Source of the DNA: Moniliella sp. 'wahieum'
Taxonomy: Eukaryota
Direction of reading: 5' to 3'
NCBI GenBank assembly: GCA_003971905.1
Contig: RSEE01000020.1
Coordinates: 248,001 to 312,000, forward strand
Length of the DNA: 64,000 bases
Positions 1-13,450 of this stretch are shown here, piece by piece. Under the pieces are notes generated by a model. The model did not search any database. It was not told the origin of the DNA and saw only the letters and a program-made list of their open reading frames with translations. The position numbers and the translations under genes were made by a program. Each line of letters begins with the position of its first letter. The stretch's first letter is position 1.

Positions 1-971
1 CGGGCATTTTGGGCATGAATATGGATATGGAATGGACGTACCACTGCGATTAAAGCCATCAGTGGTTTCTTAGGTCTGTTAACGTTTAACCGTCATTGTC
101 TATGTGGAAACGACTCTCGCAAACCAGCCGAATTTGGCCAAGTGGTGCCCCTAAATGCATCTCAACTGACTGATGCGCACTGTGGACGGAAGTTGCTTGT
201 TTCGTACACCTGTGGTTCGTGGCCGGCACAGCCGTCGACGCCGTATCGCTGAAGGTGACAGCCTCCTCACACCAGAGAGAAATGATATTGGCTTGGTGTT
301 GTGGTGAGAGAGTAGTGTAATAAGTGTGGGGGGAGCACAGTGCGTGGAAGTATCAAGAACAGGCGACACCCACACAGTGGTTGCAGTTAGCAAGGACGCG
401 ATAGGCATCATGCATCTAATAACCCCGTCCAAAGCCACAGGATGCCTTGTGCGTTTGGCCAAAAATGCCTTCGGTCAGTAGCTCATACAGTCTCAGATCT
501 CACGGCAAACCGTTCATTGCGGCAGAGGATGTGTGTTGGAGGCACATGAGTCGGAGGATGTGTCTCAAAAATGGGACTGCTATCCCAACAGGTCAGCTGG
601 TACAAAAATGAGACAAATCGCATGCACCACACCTACTGATATTTCAATGGGGCCCCGCCCATCGATCACCTATCATCCATGCATCATACATCATACATCG
701 ACAATCCGCGCACACACTGACCTCCTGCCGCAATCCCGCTAGCCCAACTGTCCGCACGGCGTCACTGTGTGTGCCTAAAGTACGCTCGCATGCCAGGCAC
801 TGGCGCTGTGCCCAGGCGGGCCCAGCAGCACCCGAGCGCCTGAGCCTCGACCACGCCCGCTCCCTGATGGCCACATAAAAGGCCTGCACGCCGCCATCTG
901 GCCCTCTTCTTTCTCCCACCACCGCCTGCCTTCATTCCTGCGACGCCGGCAAACGACACACAGCATCTGCA

Positions 972-2718
972 ATGGCCCCGCTCAAGTCGTCTGCCTTCTC
1001 CCGCCGCCCGCGCGTCGGCCAGCTTGGCCCGCGCCTCAAGCAGGCCCTCCCGCACAAGGGACACAAAGCCAGCACCCTCCTCCGTCCTTGTCTTATCCCT
1101 CCCCTCCCACGCTCAGCGCCCGCGGCACCGTTGCTCCCCACCCCTCCCTGCGCCGGCCCTGCTTCCGATGCCCCGGCCGATTTGCAATCTGCCACGCCGG
1201 CGCCACGCCGCCGGCGCTGTTCCTCATCGGACACCTGGTGGCGCAGGAGCACCACCTGCCTCCATCGCCACCGCTGCCAGGGTTGTACCCGCCACTACGC
1301 CCCCTCCCGTGTTGCGCAAGCGCTCGAATGAAAACGTCTTTGCCACTTTTGGTACACCGCCACCCAAACGGCACCAAGTGAAGCATGCTCGCATCGCTGA
1401 AGACGACAATACCACCCATTATTTCTCACCCTATCCCAATGAAAATGCAAGCGTATGTTCTCTCTCCCTTACATGCCCCCATAACTTGGAAGCTAACCCT
1501 GAACTTCATGTGCAGCCTGCTGTTTCCGACGAGGTGCAAGCCGACCCAGTGGAACTGGACAATCTCGCCAGCATTGGTGGCACTCAAGTCATTGGCCCCG
1601 TCCTCCGCTTTTCTCGGAGCGACAGCTGCGCCTATCTTCTGGCGCAGCGATACATCATTACCGGGGACCGTGGCAAGACCCCCTATGGACATGCAATGCT
1701 GGCCCATGACATGATCACCAACCAAGAGGTGGTCATCAATGTCAGCCACACCGCGACGGACATGCGTGCCGAGAGCATGCGCCAGGCCCGGATCCTGCAT
1801 GCTGTGGGAGCCATGAAGCCGGACGCCATTGGCTGGGTGCACGTGCGCGAGGTGTTTCTCTACAATCACGACCGCCTTTGCATCGTGTTTGACAACAAAT
1901 CTTGCACGCTCGACCGCTTTATTAAGCATGACCTCCATGGCCGTGGGCTCCCACTGGAGCACATCCAGGCCATCATGAAGCAACTCCTTCTCTTTCTCGC
2001 CTCCCTCCATGACCAGGGCTTCGTCCATGGCAATCTGACCGCAGAACACATTCGGTTCGACAGCACCACCTCATCCCCAACCCCTCCAATAACGGCGAGG
2101 TGGTTCCGTTCCTCTCTTCGCCAATGGTCCACATGACTGGTGCGGGTAACATCCGCATTCGCCCCAGCACCAAACCGAGTGCCCTTCCCAAGGCCTACCT
2201 TCCCCCCGAGGCGCTGCTTGGCACCCACGCCTGGTCGGCTCCCCTCGACATGTGGGCAGCTGGGTGTGTGATGCTGGAGCTGATGACGGGCAAGCTTCCA
2301 TTTGGACCCCATCAGCGCGATGTCTGGCCGACGCAGGAGGCGTACAACCAGTACCAAGCGGAGAAGCACGCCTTTGAGGCCAGCGACACACCCCTTTGGC
2401 GCAGATGCAGAGCGCGCTGGGTGTGATGCCCAACAGCCTGCTGGCCAATCTTCCCGCCGACAAGCGTCAGCAGCTCTTCTTTCCCGATGGCACTGTGCGC
2501 ACCACCAAACCGATCCATCCACCCCACTTTCTCGGTACCGGTACCACCAGAACGAAGCGAAGTACATGACCTACGACGTTTGCTTCCGGGACCTTGTCGA
2601 TCAACTTCTCGAGCCCGACCCCAGCCTGCGCATCTCGGCCGAGAAGGCCTTGAAGCACCGCTTCTTTGACCTCCAACGCGGCACGGACTACCCACGTAAC
2701 ATTCACCTGCCGCAGTAA
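972..2718 (+). CDS. CMGC (CLK/LAMMER-like) protein kinase-fold protein, probable pseudokinase; frameshifted in this sequence
   Basis: Joined ORFs 1024-2136, 2100-2426 and 2302-2718 give kinase subdomains: RYIITGDRGKTPYGHA, EVFLYNHDRLCIVFD, LPLEHIQAIMKQLL, FVHGNL, YLPPEALLG..WSAPLDMWAAGCVMLELMTG, FRDLVDQLLEPDPSLRISAEKALKHRFF. Low-complexity Pro/Ala N-terminus from ATG 972. Confidence 0.75.
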
Positions 2719-3285
2719 CCGCCATCCGGCTTACGTTTACTTGAACTTTTTATTTGGATCAGCACCCACACTGGCCCTTTGTTGTTCCCACGGCCCAGAG
2801 CCCCACCATCAAATCTAGCATGCATTGTGGGCATGTTGAGTGCGTGGAAGGAAGATGTCCAACACTCTTATTGTGTACCCCACGCCAACCAAAATGGGTT
2901 GGCAACATGTGGGGAGTGGAACCCTCTCCTGATGAGCGATGAAAAGGACAGATTTAACGAGGTCGAGCACATCCCTCCCTCGGCCCTACCTCGAGGTTTA
3001 TCCACCTACTCGTCTGCGCCATTATTGGAGCATACAATGGCCAAATCATGTGGTCCATCCGGCCAACTGAGGACGCATCCGGCCCCGTCGGATGTTATGT
3101 TTTCTCGCACCGGTTCCTTTTACTTCTGTTCCCGCTTCCCCGTTTTCCCTACCGCGGGGCTCTCGTATTCAATTGAATTGTCTTCTCTCTACGGATGGAT
3201 TAAGCAACCCCTCCGCCTTTTGTAGTGATATCATTGCCACAGCCGCTATATATTACTGCTTAGCATATATATAGTTGATTATTGC

Positions 3286-3312
3286 CTAAACCGAACCGTT
3301 CATCTTGCAGGG
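3286..3312 (-). mobile_element. Small fragment of the 3' UTR of the RLE retroelement family
   Basis: ctaaaccgaaccgttcatcttgc matches 14448-14470, and nearly matches the reverse complement of ~16872-16893. Confidence 0.6.
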
Positions 3313-3903
3313 CATGTCGGTATGGTGTCTAAAGCGGGTCCGTTAGCGGGAAGGTGGTATACGAAAGTATCACCGAATGACTAAGCTCTCTCCAATCATA
3401 TGTCCAATTCTGCATCATGTATTAGCTCTCGCTCATCTTCCCTTTCCTTTTGCTTCTCTGTTCTCTGCCCGATGCCTTCTGTTTCCTCCCACGAACGATC
3501 TTGCCTTTCCCCCCACCTCTGACAGGACATTCGTCTTCCTCGGTTAGCCCCGACTGTTACAGAAAGCTTTTGTCGATGTTATAACGGGGGATGGTAAACC
3601 AGCGAGTCCGGCGGGTGCCGTGGCAAAAAACGTTTACATTTTGCAATCATCATGTTTCCTTAGACAACAATGAATATTGAATGGACTGGTGACCAGTGAT
3701 GCATGATGAATCAAAAGTTGGTCAAGCGTTGCATAACAATCCAATAACGGCAAACCGGCGCCCAGTTTACCCGGGTGTGCCTCGCAGTGCCTCCATGTAG
3801 CTTGTTCGACAACGGATTCCAGCTTGTAAGTAGATTTGGAAGCGTCGTGGCCAGTAACTCGGTACGACTCAAGTGTATATTACTCCAAATGTACACTCTC
3901 CGC

Positions 3904-5105
3904 GAAGCTTGAAGCTTGAAGCTTGCTGAAGCTTGAAGCTAATAAGCTTGACGACGACTGTGAAATGGGTGTGACCGCGTGTATCCGGTAAACATGCGAT
4001 GCGTGTAGACCATGTGAGTTCTGAGGCCCCCCGGTCTCAGGACATCAAATCCTCAGAGGTGAGATCTGAATGATCTCTGAATCGATCTGAGGTGCCCTCT
4101 TGGGGCCTGTGACATGTGAGGCCTCAGCCTGAGGCCTGAGGCCCCCCTGAAGCTTGAAGCTTGAAGGCCGGGGAACGTGTGAACGTTGAACTTCAACGTT
4201 TTGAACTTCAACGCTGAAGAACGTGCGGAATGTTAACTCAGCGTCGAACGTGGGAAACGTGTAGCGAACGCGGTTTGAGCGCTCAGGCTGAGCGCGCTGA
4301 GCAGTGGAGGAGCAGCGGGCCAGCTAGGGCCAACTAGGAATACATGCGCGTGTTCTGGGAAAACGCGTGCACGCGGGCCTGCGTTACAAGTTACAGGTTG
4401 CACACTAAGCTTTCAGGCTCGCAGTTACCGGTTAAATTGTGCACTTGAATGAGAACTAGGAACTAGGAACTAGCAACTAACTACGACATCAAATTCAAAT
4501 TTCAACCCCGGAACAACTCTTCGACACAGTTCGGCAGCCGAAACAGATTTGCGGGATTCGGCATCATGCATCACATGCATCACGTGTCACATGTATCATA
4601 CATCATGCATCATGCACCATGCATCAGAGCTCAGCGTCATGCATCATGCATTACGGGGTGCGTGACGAAATGAGTGGTACGCATGACGTGCATGACGGGG
4701 CCAATTGGCCAACCCTATCGGCCCGAGCACCCCGGCACGGAGCAACTACTGAGCGCTCAAGCTGAGCACCCGAATACGGACGAAATGCGCGGCCATCGAG
4801 CGACATCATGCATCCGCTATCATGCATCCCATATCACCATGCAACATGCAGCGCGCAAGTTCACTCGTTTCCAATCCAACCGCCAAGTGCAGTGAGCGAG
4901 CCAGCTGGAACGGCCCGGAACGGCACCACCCGGCCGACGCGAACAACTGCAGCCCCGCCTTGTTGCCAGTCTGTCACAGCGTGCGTTATGCGTGGGCGAT
5001 GGACTTGTTCGTCGTCATTAACGTTTAACGTCATTAATCATTGATCATCGACATCGCGGGTAACCGGTAAACGGTAACCGGCAACCGTCGGCAACGGTAA
5101 CCGTG
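3904..5105. repeat. Patchwork of 7-bp-period quasi-palindromic microrepeats upstream of the Zn2Cys6 gene
   Basis: (gaagctt)n at 3904-3950 and 4148-4165; aggcct[c/g] at 4118-4143; aacgtt[g] at 4180-4215; (aactagg)n at 4454-4475; (catgcat)n at 4562-4652; accggt[a] at 5060-5105. Confidence 0.85.
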
Positions 5106-5197
5106 ACGGGACCATGCAACCGTCTGTTGTGGCCATCATCCCCACCATTCCCTTCGCATCGCCATCGCCATCGCCTCTCTCTCTTCTCTCATATACC

Positions 5198-8100
5198 ATG
5201 CCCGCTGGCCAGGGTCCCTCCAGCAACCCCTGGCGGCGCTCCACGGAACCAGGTTATCATCATGCCTCGTACCTGCCCCCGCCGTCCCACGCACCTGGCA
5301 CTTCCTACTCTGTGCATGGGCTCCCCACTATGGACACAACCGAACACACGCCCCCCACGCTTCTTCCTATACTACGCATGCCCCTGCTCATCTCCAGCAT
5401 CCGTATGTCATGGCGCCCGACCACCACCACCACCGGCAACCGGGCCATTGGGACCAGGGCATGTATCCCACGCCACCCACCCCGACCTACCTACCGCTCG
5501 TCCTACGCACCAGCCGCTAGTAGCCATCGCCATGCGCTTCCTCCAGCTGCCTCACTCTCTGCTTCTGCGTCGGTACCGGCTCCGCCAGTAGCTGCGTCGT
5601 CATCAACTCCTTCTGTATCCACCACACTCGTCCCTCCCTCCACGTCATCAGGTGCATTGCCCCGACGTGCTCTCTCGCCTCCAGTGCCTTTGGACCCCGC
5701 AAGCCAACCAGATTACTTCAGTCAACCAGTCGATCCAGCAAGGACCACACGTCCAGCTACACGCTCTCTAGATCAGCCACCACCCCAGGAACGGAAGGAG
5801 AGACGCAAACGACAGCGTGAGCCCGATATACCATCAGCCACCCCGGAGAGTAGTACGGCCAAAGACCCTCCGCGCAGCCGCCTGCAATTCAGCTGTGCGT
5901 ACCCTTTGCAACCGAGAGAGGGGATCAAGCTAACCGATGCAAAGGCACCGAGTGTCATCGCCGTAAGCAGAAATGCAACCGAGAGCTGCCATGCAACCAC
6001 TGCACGGCGCGCAAGGTGCCGGAGCTTTGCCGCTCGTTCCAGCCGGGTGATGATACTCAAGACCTGACTGCCCGGGTTGCTAAGCTCGAGAGTCTGTGCG
6101 AGTATCTTCCGTCTATGTCCGAAGTGTTGCAGCAGCTTTCGTCCAAGCAAGATAAAGCGGAGGTAGTCTTGCAGACCCTCCTCCGCAGTGCAACGAGGGC
6201 GTGGTCTCCGGAGCCGATGAGTCCCAAGTCGCTCCCTCGGACGTCCCTTCATTCCTCATCCGAGCAGGATGAGGATTTTCCGGTGAAGAACATGGACCAC
6301 AAGACTGGAAAGTATTCCTCTTCCGGGGCGATGGCGGTGCCACTCCACAAACTTCTGGACACCATTGGTGACGCGACCGGCGGGAAGAAAGGTTCCCTTG
6401 AACCTCTGGAGAAGACCCAAGAAGAGGGACGAGATGATGTGCTGGGCAGTCCTATGCATCGTCTCGTGGGTGACGACTCGGAAGGGGGAGGAGATAATAA
6501 TTATTGCTGCCTTACTTCGATTCGGTGTAACGGCGGAGGAGGTCAAGGCATTGCATGATTGCTTTCCGAGCGAACGCTTCGCCCGTCATCTGGTCCATTT
6601 CTTTTTCTATGAGGTCAACTGGATGCGTGTGCCTCTCCCTCAAAAGTACATCATGGCGCAGTGGGAGCCATTCTGGGACCAAGGCATCCTCACAATTAAC
6701 AACATTAATTCGGCCGCCCTGCTCCTTGTCACATGCGCTGTTTCCATCCTGTCCTGCCCTCTGAGCGAGCTAGACCGGTCGGAATTGCAGTCCTCCATTC
6801 ATTTGAGCAGAGGGGAAAAGTCGCGGATGTTGGCGGCACGAAAACTTAACTACACAGCTCTCCGGTTGCTCGTGTTATCGGATCTTCTGGGGCTGGAGGA
6901 CATGCCAAGAGTTATGGCCTTCATCCAGATTTCCCGTTTCACCTTTTTGGATGGCAAGTTAGACGAAGCTCACGCTATGCTGGCCCGCGGCGTGCGTACC
7001 TCCTTCGCTCTGGGACTGCATCGCGATGGAACCCGTCTCGGGTTCGATGCGGTCGACACGCGCTACGCAGGGTGGTCTGGGCTATACTCCGGACGTTTGA
7101 CAAGGCGATCGCTTTTATCATCGGTCGGCCATCCGCCATTATTGATGCCACTTGTGACACCAAGGCGCCTGATGATGTGGCATGGCAAGAAGAGTGGCCG
7201 TACTTAGCCGGTCAGCGTCCTAGCTTGTCCCCGGTGAGGTGGAACAACCAGCCCATTCCTCCACCCAGTGTCCACGTCCCACCTGCATGGCCTATGCCTC
7301 CCTCCTTAACAAACTCGGTGACTTCTACCACGAGATGATTGAGCTGAATCAGACGGTCGGACCCGAGATATCGATGCGGACCTTTGGGAATACAGTCCAT
7401 AAGATGGACACCAAAATGCTTTCATTCCGGGACTCTCTCCCGTCTTACTTTCAAGTCACCACAGCTACCTTCACGACCGAAACCAGTGTGTGGGAACAGC
7501 CGCTGGACAACGAGCTCCCCTTCTTGCCCACTCAACGCTTCGTCCTTCAAGCGGAAATCCATATCTTCCGCTTGCTCTGTATCGCACTTATCTCCTCCGC
7601 GTTCTCGCCCATCGCCCGAGTCGCATGTCCAAGCTCTATCCCTCCACACGGGCCAGTTGTGCCCGCATCGCTTTGGCCGATATTGCGAACAGGTCACACT
7701 TTATCCTTGCCCTTAATGCGGCCTTTGCACCTCGTCGACCACCTGTGATGTACAGCTTCCAATTGGCGCTTGTAAGCCCGTTCTACGCTCACATCACTGC
7801 CGCCATGGTACTGCTTCTGGAAGCGTCCCAGTCCACTGATGGAGTGTCCTTTGCTGATTCAAGCCTCTCCTCCGACCCACCCGCCCAAGGGGAGGAGGTT
7901 TCTGACTTTGATGTCTATCGATTGCTCTACCAACACTTGAACCGGTACGTGCGGCAGGCGGCCCCGCGGGGCTCACATGCTGCATCTGTCAGCTCGGGAT
8001 CCGTCTCGGCTGGCACCGAAGCGGATGGGCGAGAACGCGAGAATGAAGTACTCACTCTCTTCTTGCAAGGATCGCTCGACTGCGATCTACATACCTTCGC

Positions 8101-8858
8101 CGTTCGCGCACCTCCCCCGATTTGGAGATGAAGAATCAAGAGAGAAGAAGAGATAAGAGCCGAGCCGACAAGGCAAGAGACAACAGAAGACCATCCAAAC
8201 GATTCGGCCTCGCCGCCTCCTCCCAAGAAGACCCCCCTAGACTTGCAGAATGGCATCTTCCCTGCTGGCCCCGGGAGCGACGATCTCGATCAAGACCTCC
8301 TCTCCACGTGGGCGCACGCTGCTTCGTCGCTCGGATTGAATCAGACGGCTAATGGGGTTCGGTCTTGGGAAAAGAAAAGCGCCCCATACGATCAGGGCTT
8401 CCCCGTCATTCACCCGACAATTTTCTGACCACCCCTTGTCCCAGCAGGGCTTCGACCTTTTTGAGAAAGAATATCACTCGTCTTGGGAACCAGACCCTAT
8501 CTATCCTCTTAGTGGCACAGGGGCCGTGGCTCCGCCCCCGGAAGAACCTACCGCAGTTCCCGTCCTGGGGCCCTTCGCATCCACTCCATGGAGTTTCCCT
8601 TCTCACATCAATGCTCCGGTTGTTGTTTCTGACACTTCCAATGCCCCGTCTGCCCCACCTCTGACTGCGCCATCATCTGTTCCAGCCGGGGCTGCGTGGC
8701 GGGAGACGGAGCCGCTAGAGGATACGAGCAGAATGCAAGACTCGCTGGTTCCTGGCGATGCATTGGGCGAACTGTCCAAGGGGTTTATGCCCCGCACTCA
8801 TTATTGGCATGCTTTCATTGACAAGATTGCCCACGTCGACCCCCCCTCGCCCCCCTAA
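5198..8858 (+). CDS. Zn(II)2Cys6 binuclear-cluster transcription factor with fungal TF middle-homology domain
   Basis: Removing intron 5895-5944 (GTGCGT...GCTAAC...AAAG) gives FSCTECHRRKQKCNRELPCNHCTARKVPELC. Downstream are PSERFARHLVHFFFYEVNW, LARGVRTSFALGLHRDG and VWAILRTFDKAIAFIIGRPSAI. Several frameshifts. Confidence 0.9.
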
Positions 8859-8969
8859 GCTATTTATCATGCATCAAAACGTGTCCCATTTTCGCAGCGC
8901 CTGGCCGCCCCTTGGCTAATGCAGCTAGTCTCTGATGTAGCAAGAGCGACTGACATGAGGCCGGTGTAA

Positions 8970-9639
8970 GTATTATCCCCTTGAAACAAGAGCGAGAGAC
9001 CGAGCACACCAAAGAGTGCTACCTTCAGCTTGGGATAGTCGTTGAGGACAATGGTGACGTAGCCCACTAAGGGAGGTACCTTGCAAACAGTTAGCTTTCG
9101 GCCAGTGTCCGGAATCCCAAGAAGAGGAGGGGAGACAAACCCTTGGACTTTGCCCACAATGTCATCCTGATGTAGCCACAGGGGGCCTCCATACAACCCG
9201 ACATCGTCCTGCTCGTTATTGTCGCCCTTGGTGAGGAGGATGCGTTGGTCGGTCGTACCTTGGCTGCGGAGGGGGGGGGTGGGGGTGGGGGTCAGTGGAG
9301 TCGCAGGCACCGGCAGGAACGCACATATCGTGGACCTCCAGGACACGGTGGACAATCGGCGTGGCCTGTCCGTTGGATCCGGGAACATTGTAAACGGTGA
9401 TGTCTCCGATCTGGTAGGGCGTGCTGGGACGAGAGAGGAAGAGGAGGTCGCCGCGCGCTGAAAGCCAGGCTCCATGCTGCCCGATAAGACCACCACAACG
9501 GGGTCTCTGTATCTGCGACGAGCGCCAGTGCCTTCCACATACACAGCGCGGACGTGAGTACGCTGAGGATTGCCAGTCCCTGCACCAGCAGGGCACGCAG
9601 CCCCACCCGTCGCAACGTTGCCAGCTCCGAGGCAAACAT
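8970..9639 (-). CDS. SEC11: Signal peptidase complex catalytic subunit
   Basis: MFASEL..., [68 protein letters not shown]. Probably two short introns. 3' end approximate. Confidence 0.93.
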
Positions 9640-11058
9640 GGCCGGCAGGGATGCGGATGGAAGCCTGCCAGATGGGCAGCCGTCGGCCAGGTGGAGGCGC
9701 GGGCGAGCGGGGTAGAGGCCTCCTTCGGCCACGTCACACATCGGTGCAAATGAGGCACGGGGTCTGGCGCCGAACCCTACCTGTGGAGCACCACCTGATG
9801 TACCTATCAATATGCCTGTAGTGCTCGCCCAGCGCCGAGATACCGCCACAGACCCCTTCTCCTACACCACCGTCTGAACCCGCTGACATACACACTCGGC
9901 CGTCACTGCCACTACCGCTTCCGCTTCCCCCAATGTGCCCTCGTCCTTCCTCTGGACTTGGTGTGGATCTAATACGCCCGGCGCAGCGCCGCGCTGCTTG
10001 CACAAAAGGGGCTGTCCTCGTCCCTCTTCCCACGATATGCACTGTGGACTATGTGTGCTGGGAACTTAATCCACCCTGTTCCCCATCAAGGCGGTCTGAA
10101 AGGCCCTGCAGAAGCACCCCAATGTTGCGGACAAGGTGAACCATCCAATTGGATTCCAGGACTGAGCTGGAAAGATTCTCCCAACAGAACCTCAAACGCT
10201 CAGCGCTCACCACCTCCTGACTTGCCTGAGACAAGTATACATTCTCCCTGTTTCGCTCTCTACTGTGATTTGAGGCTGAGGCCTGAAGGTGTGCAGATGC
10301 CACGCCTATTAGAGTTGCGAACCAACAGGCTTGTGAAAGTGTCGACTATCGAATACCTGGAACAAACATTTGCGTTTCCTCCGTCTCACTAGGAGAAAGA
10401 CCAATACCTTCTTGTTGACTATTAGTCACCGTCACTAGTCACTAATAGAACCGCCACAGGGGACACACAGCTCCGAGTACTAAGTACTAAGTACTAAGCC
10501 CTGTCTTTAACTTTGGTTGATATGGCTGTGCATAAGTCTGAGACGCGAAAACACGGGCGCGTCTCCCACATATAGAGGAGAGTCGAGGAGCGAATGCGGC
10601 TTAGGCTGGCCCAGTAGCGAGTGCCAACTATTGTCTGGAGCGTCACATGCGTCACAGCCTCAAGCGAGAAGCACGCGCACAGGCTTCCCGCTTCTCCCCA
10701 GTTGCTAGTTACTATTTACACCGGCACTCATCACACGCATCTTGCGCCGTGCTGGGCGACGCGAATTTCTCCCAGCACAATCCATCCCTCGTCAGCGTCA
10801 CCGCCAACCCTCTCTTCCCGGTATGTATGAGCACACTATATAACAACGCCTATGACTGCCTATACACAAACGTCCACGACTCCGCCTGGGACAGTGGGTT
10901 TTGGATAAAAATCCCTAGGCCGAATGCTGTGACAGATCCTGCGCCTTGGGCACACAAAAATGGGATATTGCGATGTTCAAGCGCCTCCCTACTAAGGACT
11001 GTTGTTGATGGCATGCTCGGTGTTGCATCAATCCCACCAGTCCGTAAGCAAAAACGTA

Positions 11059-11146
11059 TGGACGAATAGGGAATCGAACCCCAGACCTCACACATGTTCG
11101 CAACAAAGATGCGAAGCGTGCGCTCTACCAACTGAGCTATCCGCCT
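11059..11146 (-). tRNA. tRNA-Ala(CGC) with short intron
   Basis: Reverse complement folds as (A/G)GGCGGA...TTCGTCCA with G3:U70, D arm GCTCAGTTGGTAGAGC, anticodon loop TT-CGC-A plus ~14-nt intron, and T arm GGGGTTCGATTCCCT. A T-run follows downstream. Confidence 0.9.
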
Positions 11147-12542
11147 ACTTGCGCATTTGCTGTGTGACGTTTACTCATACAACATCATACAAAGAAACGA
11201 GCATCATTAACCAACGCGTTTTCACTTGCGCCCCCTTTGGAGGTCGAGGTGGATCGACGCTCTCGTATGACAGCACGCCCAAACCCGCGAGTGTTCAGCT
11301 GAGCGAGATCACTGGTCACTTCTCAGCATGAGAAGATAAGGAGTCCCATTTGTCCTCCAGTAATGGAGCACGATAATAGAGAGGAAGATGAGGGCGGAAC
11401 AGATATACCGCAGGTGGTTACGGATAGGGGAAGTATATTCGAAGGAGGCATATGCACCAGAAGTGGCTGAGGACGGTGCCCAGTATATCCTTACACGATC
11501 GTTTTACCTCCGAAGGTTGAAGGACATCGAGCCAACGCCTAAGTCTCGAAGAAAAACATGGGTTGGGACAACTCCCTTGCTTTTCATAATCTTTTCTCGG
11601 TGAACAGTTGTGCGAAGGCGAAGAAGAGACTATAGCCGACGTGCAATGAGGCGCAATCATATATGGGACATCCTGCTTCACTGGCTGGGAGTGCCATTAT
11701 AGGGAGCTGATCACGAGCACAGGGGTGACCGGTTGACGACATTTCGAGTGGAAAGTGGGGTGTGAGGAGAGAAGGAAAGAGCAGAGGACAAGCAAATCCA
11801 GAGAATAGCCCAAAAGAAAGCGTAAGCAGGATGGACAAATATCAAAAACGTATTAATACAGAGAGTTTGTTGTCTAGGTAATTGGAACACAATAACTACT
11901 CTTGTTTTCCTTCATGACCCAAAATAGTGCATATTTGGCTATATGCTTAGTACTTATTGGCTCTCGCTCGTATCCCCCACCTCTTACACCTACATATCTC
12001 TGTGTACCCTTGTGTTGCAATGTTCGACAGCAAACATAACTTTGTATTTTAATAGCGTATAGTCTGTGGGACAGTATATTGATGAGAAAAGGCATCCTTG
12101 CTCACTAAGTACTAAAGAGTACCATTAGCTTTTGTGGTGTCACAAGTAATAGGTGTGAGTCCAAAAGATCCTACGAGGGTAATAAGGCCTAAGGGTCAAA
12201 AGGGACCGAAGGCGAGAAATCAAATGAAATGCTTTACCAAAACGTACCAAAAACATCATCCTCGGTGAGTTAATAAGCCGCGGTGATATATGATACCTAT
12301 ATACGAGTGTTTTGTTTGAGACCCCAAAAGCGACGAATCATCCACCCTAGTACGTATTCGCCTTGCCTAGAGGTGATGGGGGTGGCAGTGAGGAGTAGAT
12401 TGGGGGTGTTAAGTAGCGAGCTTCCTCTCCCACGGATGGATTTCCTTTTCAGTCGGGTTGTTCTAATGCATTGTCACTTCTGTTAGTTATTTAAATTGTC
12501 ATCAGTGTACGTATAATATTGTTCGTTGCGCAGTGATCCGCA

Positions 12543-12649
12543 GACACTTTAGGGCAGTGGTTACCCCGTTCGCCTGCTATGTGTAGCACCTTGCTCCAAG
12601 GGCCAGCGAATCCTCTCTGAGGGCGTGAGTTCGAATCTCACAGGTGTCG
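12543..12649 (+). tRNA. tRNA-Ser(GCT) with ~25-nt intron
   Basis: GACACTT/AGGTGTC-G acceptor stem, anticodon stem TTCGC/GCGAA around CT-GCT-A, long variable arm CCTCTCTGAGG, T arm GTGAGTTCGAATCTCAC, followed by a TTTTTT Pol III terminator. Confidence 0.92.
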
Positions 12650-13450
12650 TTTTTTGGTCCAGCTCCGGCCGTTCTTCCTGTTAGGATGAAGTATTGATGT
12701 TCAGTCTGAGAGCGAAATGTTGAGACCAAAGATTCTACATGAAAAGGGGCTTCATAAAGCTTGGCCCGGGAGTGTGCACAGCCTTGTTTCGTTGGTGGGT
12801 ATATATGGCAGTGTGACCGTTTGACAGACAGACGAGCCACTGGCGGTGGTGTGGTTTTTGATTCTTCGGCGGTGCATGTGGATTATCCAAAACCATCGAT
12901 ACAACATCAGTCCCTACTGTCGGCGAACAGGCGGAGATGGCCGTGGTGACCTTAAGTGCAACAGGTGTCAGCATGTCAGGTCCTCAAACTGAAGCTCCTG
13001 TTGAAGAGAGGGAGCAAGAGAGGGAGTATATTGACGCAGGACGCGGGACGTGGTGTGTATCCGTTTGTTCATAACTGACGGTTACCGGTTTTACCCTCCA
13101 ACACATTATTGCATGATCGACATGACCATGAGATCCGACGCGAAGGTGAACTTCACCTCCACACTACTTTGGTATGATTATTCCTATAGAACTTGCTGGT
13201 GCTTTCCTAGTTTCCACATTTGGCGTCGGTTCCGCCAGGCAATGAATGATTCAATCATTGATCTGAACGATCTGATCTCTGATCGGACAATCGTCTTCGC
13301 GATGATGAGCTTCACGCTTGAAGCTGGAGGCCTTGAAGCTTGAAGCTTGAAGCTCGAGGAAGCCTGAGGCCCTGAGGTGACTACTAAGCAACTTTGGGAC
13401 TATACTAGTCCCGGAGAGCTTCAAAAAGGCTTCTTTATCGATTACTAGAA

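Noticed and set aside
3904..4260. Cloning polylinker or vector contamination (many restriction-site hexamers)
   Set aside because: Sites are tandemly repeated, degenerate and spread over most intergenic regions; no vector backbone is present.
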